A DNA stretch of 64,000 bases from Iphione sp. A-MEVVRFRX5 (GCA_976226885.1 OZ320317.1:2170001-2234000); one strand, 5' to 3'; positions 47,901-61,760 are shown, numbered from the stretch's first letter. The notes: generated by a model from the sequence alone, not told the origin. A program made the numbers and translations.

Positions 47901-50900
47901 AAATCTCTCAATGATCCAGTCAGGTTGGAGTCAATTAATTTCCTGCATAATAGTTTGATCAACAGGTAACTCACCTGGAGAGAAGTCCCAAGTTCAACTG
48001 GAAAGTTTTTAATGTCAGGGTGGGTAACCAACGGACCCTAAAGTGTCTACAACCCAACACTTTAGATTTATGAGAGTGAGTCCTAATAAAGGCACACGAT
48101 GGCAACCAAATATCAAAACATGAGTAGAGGGGACATATGCTGGCTAGACACAACTAAGTAGAATATCTATGAGAGAGCATACATTGTGGCAGCTATACCT
48201 TAAGCCTACATGAAAAGTAAGTGTGTTTCCAGAGACCCGACTGGCCCTGAAACAAGCCTAGCAGGAATATGTTATTTTTTCCTTGTTTGTCAAAATCTTC
48301 CAAATGAAAAACACACCATCTAGTCTCCTGTGTCATCAGCTTTCCTTTGATAAAAGTTTCATTAAAATCTACGCATTAGACAAGATATAGGAATATATAT
48401 CTGTGTTTTCCAGTATCTGTTAACATAGCAATAAAGAAGCACCTCCTGACCTACACTCTAATCTTTGTGTTACCGAAAAAAGGGATATTTTCTTAAGCCC
48501 TCTCAAAAAGCCTTAAAGGCACACTAGGAAGGTCTCCTCCAGAGTCACAGTCCTCTGGCTCCCATTGTCTGCAGTCACCTGCCATATCCTTGACCGACGA
48601 ATAGCTGTGCCCAGGGTGAGGATCGGCATCCTCTGCATCTGCCATGTCGAGAGGTCAGCTCTTCCAACATGTGCTATACGGTTGAAGACGACTGTCTGTT
48701 GTATGAGGGCTAGGATCCAATCAGCCTCCCAGTGCAGGTCATAGGATCCGGTGCCACTCTCGATGGTCCACCCGGATGGGGGTGGGGTGTCCGGATCGAC
48801 CAGATAAGCAGATGCCCACGCAAACACAGCATCAGGGATAACCTCCACCTGGCAATCTATGTTGAAACAACATGTTTAGCCTCTGGCACATACCAAAATG
48901 TGACACCTACCATATGGAAAACAGTCCTGCAGATTCCTAGTCCATCAACTAATGACCAAGTTGGTGCAACAAATGTAGGCTAAGATAAATATGACAAGGA
49001 AACTTTAGCCCTTTAGGTATCTAACTAGCCTCTGTTAAAGTCTGACACAAATAACATTATGACCAGGTGTCTGGATGTGGAAAGCAAATGATTTACTATT
49101 TCATTATTTGTGACTTAGATATACCAGCTACCTTGTGTAGTGATGAATGGAAAGTAAACTTATGCTGATCATTATGTTATCCTTAATAAGTCAGATAAAT
49201 TGGGTGGGGGGAGTGTTAGAGATGCATTGAAGAGATATGCACAAGATTTTGTCGAGTGGTGCTATATGAACATATAAGTTTGAACGTTAAACCCTTTTTT
49301 GACAGCCAAAGCTAAATTGATCACTTCAGGGTGATTGATTTTTTAAAAGATTTCTACCATTTATCAATAACTATTTTCATTTTTCATGTAACAAATATTG
49401 ATATACACGTATACATATGGTTACCATAGAAAAGCAGTCATGTGACCCATAAAAGACTGCAAAATTAGCACATGTACACATGAATAAAGACGTATTAATA
49501 CAAATGTCTCATTAAAACTCTATATAACTGAGGAAGTCATGTTATATTCCCAAATTATTCTCATGAAACATAAGAATGGTCATCCCTTTAGCTTATCAGA
49601 AATTTTTTATGAATCATAATTGGGAAAATGCTTAACATGTAATATATAATGTCCTATAATCTTTTGGGGGGGCAAATCTACATGTAAGTATTACATTACG
49701 TTGTCTGATTACTACATCAGGCATTTATGTGATAAAGACGGTTTTTTGTTATGGATCCTACTTGACTAGTATTTTCTAACCTATTATGGTTATTTCAAAT
49801 TTCTATGTATCCCATGATGCATCAGATATGCATTAGTGATGCCTATGTCAAAAGACAGAGTTGATTTTGTAAAATGTCTGTTTCTATCCCCCTTTAATTC
49901 GGATGTCCCACCCTATGGATATTATACTATCAGGATCTTTGCTATCTTCCTTCTAACGTAACGTAAGGTACCAACAAAGCATTCCCACCCACCTGCTGTA
50001 ATATACAGTATACGACTACCTTGCTCTTGGTGTCAGGGGCTTTCCACATGTATCCATACAAAATACACACTTCCATGGGCATAACTAACCCCCCATCAAC
50101 AGGTTAGGTTAACCACTTCCATATTTTCCCTAAGCATCCTATAACATTGCTTTCTATGGAGAGCGGAGCTCTTTGTATCGAAGCCCCATCCAGGGGTGGA
50201 GAGTTACGGACATGGATCCGGGTGGTTAGGGTATGGAGACATCTGAATGCACTGATTGAATATCACAGGAGTGGCTGAAAACATACACTCCTGGATCTGT
50301 GTGAACAATAAAATGCGGACACTTGTGAACCCTGCCTTAGGAGAGTACGGTGAACACATGAAGCATGCAGTCCAGGTCATCAGTACAGTAAGTAGGGTCT
50401 GTCTGGCAGGCATGGAGGTTGAATAAAGACTGACACCGTTTTCAGATAATATAATAAGCTTTAATGGGTCATTTCTTTAACAATGTATTAGAGGAAGCTT
50501 TCAAATCACTGAAAGTTACATCAGCCAAGCTTTGTCGAGACACATGTTGTTGGCCCTCTTTCATATTGACTGTTGTTAGGTGAGTTATGTAATGCTTGTC
50601 AAGGAATGTCTATGATGTCTCTGCCAAGCTTTGCACATTAGGCAGTTACAGTTCATGGATATTTTTTTAAGTACAGCGAATGAGGGACTCTATCTGTTGC
50701 ATTATGGAAGCATTTCATTGTTTATTTAATATTCGGGGTAATATGGTTCACTGAAATGTATGTATGGATCTCTCCTCTCTTCCTCCTCTCTCTCTGTCTC
50801 TCTCCATTGGTTTTCATGGAAAGCCATCCCTATTGCCAAGCATTGTCATTTTTTTGTGGGAAACGCTCCTTGTGCCTGGTAAAAGCTCTGATAAGCCTTA

Positions 50901-50989
50901 AGAACTAAGGAGTTCTCAATGCAGGTTGTCAAACAATGCAACAGAGTACAATATATATAAATGTTTCTCCTCACAGTATTACCTCATTA

Positions 50990-52633
50990 TGAACTCCATG
51001 CATGGAACATAGTCAGACACAGATGGTGTCATTACTTCATGGAATTTAACCAATCGTCATACGCAACTGTACGATAGTGTTAATATAATGGTTTAAACAC
51101 ACACAACACAGGACAATAAACAACGGAACAAGACAAGACAAGACAGGACAATATCATTACACTACCTATTTCAACCATTACCCTAAAGTAGGTTTGGCCA
51201 GTTTAATGGCATAAGTCTCATGGGAGGATATGACACTTAGTATTACTACTTAATTTTGTGTAATGCTGTTGGACAGAATGGGACTTGTAAAATGCTTACA
51301 CTGACACTCTAGGATGGATAGGTACTGCAGGGGAGTCAGGGGTTAAAGGTGTAGTTAGAGGAGTTAGAAAACTGTCAAGTGCCAGCTGAGAAGGCTTTTC
51401 TAGTATATCAGATATCCAGGTGGGCTTTTCCTTCACTTTAGTCAGCTTTCTAAAGTAATCGCTTGATGGCGGACAGTAGGGCTGCTAGTAGTAGCAGAAG
51501 AGAATAATCCAGAGCTGCAAGAGGAAAGGCAGCTCATCATTAGCAAACAAGCCTTTGCAATGGAATGTGTAGAAGACAGCTCAAAATTGACTTCTAAGCT
51601 GTGAACGGTACCTCCTAGCTTTCAATGATGCTTACTAGCAAGCTGTTTGGTGGAGGCTCCATTATGACGTCACAAATAGTAAATAACCTGGTGTAGTAGT
51701 GGTGTCTAGTGATTTGGTATTTGGTTATATCTCTTCATTATGTCACTGTAAAGTTAGCATTTGCAACACGTCATAGCCGCCATGACTAAACCTGAAGCTT
51801 CATATGAAAGGGATCTGCTTAAGGGCTGACCTTACCATTATTTACCATGCAAGGTCTAAGGATTTGGGGTGTAGACACTAGTAGCACATGTTTACCGTTT
51901 CCTGCCAAACAGGACCTCATCCTAAACTCATTGAAATAGAACTGCAAGTGCTCTCATTAAGGAAGGGTCTACATGTTGATAGCATAGGAGAGTCAGACAC
52001 AGATGGTGTCATTACTTCATGGAATTTATCCAATCGTCATACGCAACTGTACGATAGCATTAATATGATGGTTTAAACTCTATGAACTCTATGCATGGAA
52101 CATAGTCAGACACAGATGGTGTCATTACTTCATGGAATTTAACCAATCATCATATGCAACTGTACGATAGCGTTTTATATGATGGTTTAAACACACACAA
52201 CACAGGACAATAGACAACGGAACAAGACAAGACAAGACAGGACAATATCATTACACTACCTCCTAGCTTTCAATGATGTTTACCAGCAAGCTGTTTGGTG
52301 GAGGCTCTATTATGATGTCACAAATAGTAAATAACCTGGTGTAGTAGTGGTGTCTAGTGATTTGGTATTTGGTTATATCCCTTCATTATGTCACTGTGAA
52401 GTTAGTATTTGCAACATGTCATAGCTGCCATGACTAAACCTGAAGCTTCATATGAAAGGGATCTGCTTAAGGGCTGACCTTACCATTATTTACCATGCAA
52501 GATCTAGGGATTTGGGGTGTAGACACTAGTAGCACATGTTTACCGTTTCCTGCCAAACAGGACCTCATCCTAAACTCATTGAAATAGAACTGCAAGTGCT
52601 CCCATTAAGGAAAGGTCTACATGTTGATAGCAT
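50990..52633. repeat. Local tandem duplication of a unit of about 550 bp
   Basis: Copy 1 is 50990-51985 and contains an extra 441 bp. A partial head copy is 51990-52080. Copy 2 is 52082-52633. The copies are near-identical. Confidence 0.9.
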
Positions 52634-53689
52634 TGTGTGTTTGTTTCCTTCTCTGTCGATACTTTTAAAAGTGAATCAAACAACAGTAAAGTCAGTATTT
52701 TGAATTACATGAATACATCGGTAGTGTAAAAGTATATTGGATATAATTATGACCTTTTTATCTTACTGTATGAGATAAGACGGGAAAAGAATCTGTTTAA
52801 GCTCAAATTATTTGAATGCAGAGCTATCTGGATTTCTAAAGTGAATATGTGCAGAGGAGTGGCTGGAGCATCCATGGAGCATTATAATTATTACTGCTCT
52901 ATATGACTATGATACATTTCATTCTGATCGTAACCTTAACCCTTCTTTTAAAAGCATGCATTTTTCCATCTATTTCCATATGTAGATTTCTACAGAGTAG
53001 AAGCATAACATGTAACAAGTATGCAATAGGCTGATTGACAAATTATGTTATAACATCAACAGCAATCAGTGTAACTGGTAGCAGGGCAATGGCAGTCATG
53101 GGTAAAACTATGCTGCTGGTAAAAAAGGAAGAAAGAGGATGTCTTCCTAAGCCTAAAACAGCTACATTTAATGGTTTAATGGTTTTATGGGCTTATAAGT
53201 TTTTGCCAGGGTAAAAATACTTCAAGTCAATGTATTAATGTAAACAACATCATATTGACATGCAAATGCGAATGGTCCATTGAGCAAGTGAGATACCCCA
53301 AATGCTGAAGTCATCATAGAAAACTTTGTATCTCAAATGTTACTGTCAACTATAAAACACACAGAACCGGTCCTGTTTTAAAGTCACGCCAACTTACCGT
53401 AAATGTCTTTGTGTAGGTAATCAGTTATACTAACATCAAAATAATGTCTTTATTGCACCTAGTTGCTGGATGAAACACTCATATACCAAGACTGGAAGGG
53501 AAGTCTCCCTCTAATTTTCATAAGCTGATACTATTACATGGAATAGAGCAAGACCTTTTAAATGAAGCTAAGTGGATTGACAGTCCCCATCCATCTCCAG
53601 ACATGTCTACTTTCACAGATCTTCCTTTTCAATACTGAATATTAGGATCATTCATAACACTACAATGATGCCACAGAAACCATGTATAG

Positions 53690-54300
53690 AGCATGCTCAA
53701 GTATATATGTAATGTTGACATATTTACTGAGTGCAGAATGAAACAAGTATACCATTTATCATGCAAGACGATACTCTTTGCAACAGATGTAAACATGGAG
53801 GAAAATACAAGTCTCACAGATCTCGTGACAGTACCCACGAGATCTGGCCATGAGAAGCAGAGATCAGTTAGTATTGTACATACAAATGACAAACTGACTT
53901 GTACTGCTAGGGTAGAAAGAGCGCGATATGTAATAGGCAATCAGCGGCTAATTTTAGCGGCAACACAAATGAAATCAAGCAGGAAGGTACATGACATCAG
54001 CATATTTAGAATACATTGAATAAAATGGCATGCTGGAAACTAGGCTGCAGGAGTGCCTCAAGGATCAGTCTTTCAACCTTATTATTTTAAATGTGCATTC
54101 ATGATCTGCAAAATGAAATTAGGGAGTACTAAAATGATCCTGCAGAAGGATGAAACAGTCATTTACAGGAGAGATGGCAATATGAATGAGGCAGAAAGAT
54201 CACTACAGGGTGATGTACAGAAGGGGTACACCAAATAAAAACTAACAATAAACACAAAGGGTCAAAAATGACGTCGGTTTCTCCTATTATGAAGAGTGTT
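53690..54300 (+). mobile_element. Decayed LINE fragments
   Basis: DLVTVPTR (EN C-terminal-like) and GVPQGSVF at 54050. Confidence 0.55.
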
Positions 54301-55809
54301 ATGTCCAAAGGTAAATATATTTTCAAATAAAAAACCAAAATATCAACTAATTCGCCGAGTTGTGTTGGTGTGTTCACCTTTACATAATTCATATTTTCAA
54401 ATAGTAAAGAAATTGCAGAATTATGACAATAAAAGTATATTCATGTCATGGTGTACGACAGATTTCATATGTGCAATGAATGAGGTACATGTCTTACTGG
54501 TTTCAAGCAGGCAGTTGCAAGAATGCAATTTTTCATTGGAAATGACATTGTCAATGAAATGTTAAAAGCTAGGACCATTTTGATATTGGATTACTGTGGA
54601 GTGTTTTTAAGTAACAGACTCACTACAAATTTTATGTGAGGGCTTTCTAAGAGCTCTTAAATAGATGACTGAAAACTGATTAGATTAAAAATGATACATG
54701 TTACAATGACTTAGCATAGCAGCACATAGAGTCAAAGAGACGATCAACCGACAATGGAGGCAAATCTGAATTTACGAGGCCTGGTAAAATACAGGTGCAA
54801 ATTCATAAATAGAGATAGAGCTGTAAGGGGAGCTAGTAACAAAAGTTGTTCACAGTTCCAAGGATCAGGCATGATTCAGGAAGTACACAGGAGATAGTAG
54901 GCATCAATTATAAAGATTCCATGAAAATACCATTCACAATGAGAAGCAAGGATAAAATATTGCAACCATGCATTTTCAAACGGATTTCATAGCAAAACTT
55001 GAAGATGGTAAAGTAGAATAAAAATACACTATTCAGTTGAGGCTGACCTTATATGCTGAGCGTTTACACCTTAGTGTACGAGTTCCTATTTATAAAGTGG
55101 TAAAATAGAAAAATCGATACAACATTACGCTGGCCAATGCATAAAAAACTACATCGCATGACGGGGGTATGATAAACTCATAGAAAAGAAAATGCTGTAA
55201 GAGCAAAATGGAAGAGGAATACAAAGTGCAATATGGAAGACTATAGAAACATAAAGATATCAATACTGGTGAAAGCTAGGCAAGTTCACATAGTCATAAT
55301 GCCAATGTTATATAAAAAAAATACCACATTATTCGTCTGTGAAGAGTAATCGACCTATCGCTACAAGGCTTAGACATTGTCCATCCTTGACTGGAGCTGC
55401 TGAAACATTTCTTGTGGACAAAACTCTGTTTCCCTTGAAAAATAAAAGCAAGGCCCCAAAAAAGGTAGGGAAGGGGTATTTTCTTTTTAATTTTCTTTCC
55501 ACTTCCTTCTTCTGGTTTTCAATAATACAGATAATATGAATAATTTTGACCAATTTGCAGTTTATTGCTGAATTTCCATGGCTTTGGGTGTTTTCTATTG
55601 AATTAACAAAAATATGTGCTTTAAAAACATGCATCTAAGGAAATTCAGCCTTGAAAACTCTTTTGGGCTGAAAATCTTCTAGGTAGGGTGAGGTTTTACT
55701 AGGTTTGGGGTGGGTTACCAGAAACACACCTATTTTTTGGGGGGCCTAACCAGGGTACTCATCATCAAATGGCCAGGACTTGATATGGTACCTTGGATCT
55801 GTGGCCCTC

Positions 55810-56260
55810 TAAAACCATTAGCGGCATTGCCTGAGACCAACTGGACACATCATGGGATTGTAGCACTGGCCCCTCGGAGGACCCTGGACTAGCTTCTGCC
55901 CAGTCCACCTCTTTGACAGTGTCTCTGATGTATTTTGCCATGGTGCAGGTCTATACTGGAATCTTGCTACTGATACCAAAGAAAAGGGCACTCTTGTGGT
56001 CATAGTATGTAAGTGCTAGTTTACACACAAGGGCTTGTCAGAGAAGAACATCCAAGGTGGTGGTGGGTGTTTCTGAGTGGGTGCTTGAGTATTTCTAGTT
56101 TGCCTAACTCTCTGATGGTGTCAACCTTCAAAGCAGATCTCGGATTAAGTATGGAGTTTTATTGGGAGTTGAGAACACAGCCTTCTCATGGTCACTCTTC
56201 TCATCCAGAAAGTCTCACCCTGGCCTAAAGGTCTCCTCTCTCCAGAGAAGGTCACATAAT
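55810..56260 (-). mobile_element. Decayed DIRS-type tyrosine recombinase remnant
   Basis: LVCKLALTYY..LFF..SK..T.AKYIRDTVKE..SHDVSSWS resembles the DIRS YR C-terminal pattern (CPV.AL..Y..LF..TIS.WI..HS.R..SWA). Confidence 0.45.
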
Positions 56261-57420
56261 AGTGACAGCTCTTGAGCGTTTAAAGGCACCTTGTAGGAGC
56301 CTGAGGTTTCATGTCGATTCGGACACTCTCCAAAAACTTCCAACCTGGCCCCATGCAGTCCAACTTATGGGCTTGTTTGTTGGTGTATCCTGGGTGGTCT
56401 AGTGTAGGTCTAGCTTCCATGATGGTTAATAGGTGAGAGAAGGATAGTGAAGGTTGTGAGGTGGGGCAGGGACAATGATGCTTCGTGGATGAAATAGAGA
56501 GTATGACTATTAGATATAAGGTGAGAAGGATGTTAAGGTGGCTTTAAGGTAAAACAGGGGCATAAATAGAAAGCATTGAGTAGAAGTATATGGATCAATA
56601 CAACCATCCTGCTCAATCTGTACCCTTAACTTTGTGCACTACAACTTAGGTCCCCTTACCTTAGATCAATAAATTTACATAGCGTATCAGATTAAGTACA
56701 ATGTATGGAAATGCAGTTGATATACAATGTCAGGGCAATACTCTCACCATGTAAGAGGAACCTCTTGACAAGAAGAAGGACTCCCCCATGAAGTAGCTTC
56801 TATTGTGGCTTCGCTGTGGTGAACAAAGTCTTTTATCTTCTCAACACACTACAAGGAATCTGACTAAAAGAGAGAGGAATAACAGATGCTGTTGGTCTTC
56901 CTAGGGAAGATGTCTGAGGTATTGGGACCTGTACTTCTGCTATGATAGTGTCTTATTGAATGTGTGAAAGTTGTACAATTACAAGTATTCCTAGTTACAG
57001 AGTATAGACCCTCGTATAAGTGACATAATACTATGAATGTGTATAGTTTATGAAAGGATCTCTACAGTACAGCCACCACATTGTATCATAGTTACCTTTT
57101 TTGCTGCTAGATGGTTTTTGTATAGCTTTCCTTTCAAGGAAGTAGGCATAGGAAATGAACAGTCCTTTTAATTTGTATAGAACATATTGATTTTAGAAGC
57201 ATTGTCCAAGGTATCTGTATCCGAGAGTCCCAACTACCTAAACGACCCTTGTTTGACCATATACATAAGTGGAGGTTCAGTCACACAAAATTCTGGTTTT
57301 TGAGAAAATATACAATTATAACTGAAACAAATGGAGACAATTTATAGTAACAATGCAACTGAGAGAGATCAATACCTGAGCTGTGGCAAATTGTATAAAA
57401 GGAAATAGTGTAAGACATAC

Positions 57421-57644
57421 TTGGACCCTTATTTTCTGGCGTTGTATCATCCGAGGTTGTACCCATCCCAGCGGGAGCCTGACCATCTGCTGGGGTTGTG
57501 CTACCTGTAGTCTGATCATCTGCTGGGGTTGCACTACCTGTAGTCTGACCATCTGCTGGGGTTACAGCTGCCATAACAGAGCTGCCCAGGACCGCCGAGT
57601 TGACATTTCGCCACCATGTGTTCATTGACTGAGCAACTGTTGCC
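57421..57644 (-). CDS. Reeler paralog 2, coding exon 4 (Reeler end + Thr/Pro/Gly-rich linker)
   Basis: Acceptor ttttacag|G completes the Val codon from the preceding phase-2 exon. Reads ATVAQSMNTWWRNVNS, the Reeler terminal strand. Probable donor CCAA|gtatgt at 57420. Confidence 0.85.
57481..57563 (-). repeat. 33-bp coding tandem repeat (TPADGQTTGSA), 2.5 copies
   Basis: Seen directly in the exon. Confidence 0.9.
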
Positions 57645-58261
57645 CTGTAAAAGAATATCTTGTTTCAGCAGAGAGTGTTATCTAGTTGGAATTTGGTAGG
57701 AGTTATGATTCAGCTCAAATTTACCAATCACTGCCATATTTAGGATGCAGTCAAAACCTTATATCCAGCCACATGGATATCCTATGAAATTAGCTAATGT
57801 CAGTTTTCAAGCTAAACACCCAAATTCTGTCTATGGTTGAATGATATATCAGTTTCCCAACATTCTCACTATTCCAATTACTTGGGCTGCTACCAAAGCG
57901 TTGATCAGAAATACAGTTTTGACTGTATTCCCCATCTTCACTGGTAAAGTTCACAGGACCCAGTAAGGCTCAACATCAAAGTTTTCATTATATGTTTGAT
58001 TTCACTCAATTTCAATTGTATAATTTACAAAGGACAAAAACTTCAGCTGTCTTATCTGTCATGTCTTCCTTGGATAGCAAAAAAAACATCAATGATACAG
58101 AATTGAGAGACCAGAACACCCAGAGTTGCCTGCCAAACAGGTTTCTGGGGCTTTCTTGTACATAAGGGACCCAACACAATACATACTCAGTCTCTGTCAC
58201 AAGTTGTAGATCACCCTGGGTTGAAGCCATTGTAAATCCATCTGGTCATTTTCCTCTAGTC

Positions 58262-58334
58262 ATGAGCCGAGGATTGAACCTGCGACCCCTAGATCAGTAC
58301 ACAAGTGATAATCAGCATTCTTACTAAGCTAACT
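58262..58334 (-). mobile_element. tRNA-derived SINE-like head or tRNA pseudogene
   Basis: The minus strand has an A-box-like TAGCTTAGT and the B box/T arm GGTCGCAGGTTCAATCC. The cloverleaf does not close. Confidence 0.5.
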
Positions 58335-59224
58335 TGCAATCCTGATGTTTTGAAAGATGTGTCAAACATTTTGCAAATGCATTGTTCATATCTAAAAAGC
58401 AGGTGGGTATCATATAGTCAGCATATAGACTTCTTTCTTATTTCTCTATGGAGAGAAATCCAATCTATCCAGCATCAAAAGTCCACAGAACAGATGACAT
58501 TCCTTCGGATTGAACTGTTGTATACTATGTTCAAAAGAAGGTGTGAGTTCTGCACAGAACTTGGACTCTGTATTCTGTATAGATCACCATCAAAAGAGAA
58601 CTCATCACAAAACCTTAATGACTCACATATGGTCATAATGAAGGGGCTATGAACCCCTGGCATAGTATATGGCTTTTACACAATCACTAGGGGATTGAGG
58701 CTAATTGGTGATACAAACTGAGCCTGAAACTGTTAGAAATACCTTATTTCGGACAATCATAACTCTTATGGAGGGTCTCCTAGCAGCAAAGTATTCTTGA
58801 CCATTTCTAATGGGCTGGATAATCTATGTGTTGAATAAAACCTAAGACTTCCAGTATAGAGTATTGTATTAGTCTTACTTCCTTACAAAGATATTGGTAC
58901 AGAAGTACATATCTCGAAATTTCTATTTGCACAAAGTCAGGTTTCATTGAATTGCCAGAAACCTGTATATTTTCTAATAGGTCTCAATGAACAATTCAGT
59001 CAGACAAGCGCACTACAATCCTACAAACATCCCACAAATGTTAACATTTCAGTCTCTTTTTTCAGAGGAAACAAATGAAGGATGATAATGTTAAAAGGTT
59101 GCTTATTTTTTAGAGAATTTATGTGAATATACATAGGAGTATATCTTAATAGTATTGTTTTCACAAAAAATCCATGTAACCATTCATCCATTCTGGTGCA
59201 AAATAAAACTCTATGTCCACTTAC

Positions 59225-59406
59225 ACAACCTTAACATTTTCTGTCAGGCCCGCAGGTGGTGTCCACATGAACTCAGCATCTGCCTTTGCATTTATGTTTG
59301 AATGGGTCACGGTGTCATTGATTGTGTCACATTCGATAGTCTTCGTGTTTTCTGTCGTACCAGTTGACCAGGTGCCCAGAATGCTGTTTGAGGTTTCTCC
59401 ACGCAT
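59225..59406 (-). CDS. Reeler paralog 2, coding exon 3
   Basis: Acceptor cttctctttccag at 59407. Reads MRGETSNSILGTW..C..TVTHSN..K..FMWTPP. Phase-2 donor GT|gtaagt at 59224. Confidence 0.9.
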
Positions 59407-59872
59407 CTGGAAAGAGAAGCAAATATCATAATCTGATTTCATACCCTTTTTCTTTGCCTCAGCCAATTCATCATATTCACAGGCAAGTAAATGCTATAAG
59501 AAAATCTACTATAAGGAAATCTATTTGAATGACCCTTGTGTGATTAATCTTGTGAATTTTCAGAAGACTAGTCTAGTCAAAGAGCACTGGACTGAGGACG
59601 ATCTATTTCCTTCCATATAGACCTTACATGCATAACTGTAAAGGCATCAGACAATTGGTAATACAGAGGTCATGTGATAAGGGACTAAAAGCATATTTCT
59701 TGATATGATACAATAATTGTTCTCATTCAGTAAAATTTACAGTGATTTGTCCCATGACCACTCTCACTGACTTGGGATGATGTTAGTAGCCCATGCTTTA
59801 GTTCCATTCAGATTTACTGTCAAAAACTTCCTTGTACCTCTCCTAGACAAAGGAACTTAATACATTACTTAC

Positions 59873-59913
59873 TTGCATTATAAATCCCAGGAAATTACCT
59901 CCACGTACAGTGA
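59873..59913 (-). CDS. Reeler paralog 2, coding exon 2 (41 nt)
   Basis: ttttcttcatgcag|TC ACT GTA CGT GGA GGT AAT TTC CTG GGA TTT ATA ATG CAA|gtaagt gives VTVRGGNFLGFIMQ, the Reeler F.GF..Q motif. It bridges phase 1 to phase 0 exactly. Confidence 0.9.
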
Positions 59914-60049
59914 CTGCATGAAGAAAATATAGATATAACATTAACAATCGTCTATAGCATTGTCACCTTAAAAATGAAATAATCCTGTAGAGCTGACGCT
60001 TCAACCATTTTTATAACTATGTTATAAGCACCTCAGCACCTGCTCTTTC

Positions 60050-60180
60050 TGGCTTTCCCTCTATCTCTTCTCTCTCTCTCTCTCTCCCCTCTCTCTCTCT
60101 CTCTCTCTCTCCCTCTCTTTCTCTCCCTGTCCTCCTATCTCTCCCAGTCTCTTCCTTTTTCCCCTAGGTCTCTCTCTGTT
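60050..60180. repeat. (CT)n-rich microsatellite in an intron
   Basis: Seen directly. Confidence 0.9.
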
Positions 60181-60538
60181 TACATTCGAAGGTCAAGGTC
60201 ACTAGTGTATTCCCAGATCTTTCTTTCACTTTCACATGGCATTCATGAAATGCATCTATATAATTTGTATGTAAGCATATGCGTATACATATCTCATATA
60301 TTTCAGCAATCCTGATTGGAAAACAATCAGCCCATGCCTACGGTATATTCACTTCACAAAACATTTGCATATCTGGTTGAATGTTTAGGGGACCATTTGA
60401 CTTTAACACACATGTAATACTAAGATTTTGAATGTACATATTCCCTATCAAATACAGCATAACCGGGACTCAGTTTCACCAGGCAGTAATTTAGTATCAC
60501 TACTTCATGTGTATTAAAAGTTGAACACAATGATTTAC

Positions 60539-60743
60539 CTGTGACTGGCTGGCCAGGGGTGTACATAGTACTGTCCAGAGAGATGCTGTAAGGGTTGGTA
60601 TCTGCTGTGCCAGCTGATCCATGTCCAGGTGTCAATGAATTACAGGTACTATTTGGTGCCCCACTAGGCAGAGCCATGGTAACTCTGAAGGTCACCAACA
60701 GAAGACAGCATAGGGATGCAAGGGGCGTAGTCCACAGGGACAT
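60539..60743 (-). CDS. Reeler paralog 2, first coding exon
   Basis: Signal peptide plus LPSGAPNSTCNSLTPGHG..PYSISLDSTMYTPGQPVT. Acceptor at 60779-60778 and phase-1 donor at 60538. Confidence 0.9.
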
Positions 60744-61608
60744 GATTCCCTCTGTTTGTGATGCAATTAGTGTGAATCTGTCAAATGAACCACATTCTCA
60801 CAGTCAACAAATGACTGTCTTACTGAGATATAGGAAAAATTCCACCTTAGTTTGATGAAGCAGCTAAGTTTTTTTAAGCCTGATGTTGAGGGCCAATAGG
60901 CCTGAGACAGAGGGGCTTAGTCCTGTGGGCAACCACCAGAAACCAAACTCAACTGCTGTTCTTATGGGAAATAAAAATCAGAATTCAGTTCAATGTCTTA
61001 AAGATGTCAAATATGTCTTTGCAAATACAAAATACGTTGTTTTTGTACATCAAGTTTAGATGTTTCAAAATGGTGTCATCACATTTATCACTACTTAGAA
61101 TTCTATATTTTACTTATTTTTTAACACTTATTTTAGGCATTTCATTTTACATACTCAATCAAATGATTTTGGGTCTTGAGATTCATGCCCTGGTTGAGTC
61201 CATTGTGCTCTGTTGGGAAATTCACGACACGAGTGTTAGGCCCAAAGATAAAATGACCCCCCCTTACCTACTCTCACCTGAACATACTACACAGTCTACC
61301 AAACGGTTAGCATTGTTACCTGGCATGTATACATACAGTCATATATCTATATATAGAGCCTCTTTCTGTGGTCTAGCATGACCTAAATGACAATACACTT
61401 GGTGTCCCAGCCATGACAGCCCAGTTAACAAGTGATCTGCATTGTAAGACTTCTAAATACCCAAAGAATAGAAAACTAGCTTGGTTTCAAAACACACTGG
61501 TGCTACTCGAGGGGTGGCCCATGTATTGAGGCTCCCCCATAGCATAGTTATGGCAGGAATATTAACCTCTCTATGTTAGATCAACCAGCTAGATTGCTAA
61601 GGACCTAC

Positions 61609-61760
61609 CTTTGCTTAAATCTCCCAGTGAAATGATGCCGGGGCATGACCACCGTAACTCAGGAGTACTGTGCCCAACCATGCGAGTCCGCCATGGTGAA
61701 AACTAGTCTATACCATATATGGCAGTTTCTGACTCTGTTCAACCGGTCTGCCCTTATTCC
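61609..61760 (-). other. Probable 5'UTR exon of Reeler paralog 2 (5' end approximate)
   Basis: Donor caaag|gtaggt at 61608, homologous to 14900. Confidence 0.55.

Noticed and set aside
56748-56863. Strong acceptor and donor pair on - as the next Reeler exon
   Set aside because: All three frames hit a stop within about 10 codons, so it cannot be an internal coding exon.
58262-58334. Functional tRNA gene
   Set aside because: Only the A/B boxes and T arm are recognisable, and the acceptor and anticodon stems do not pair.
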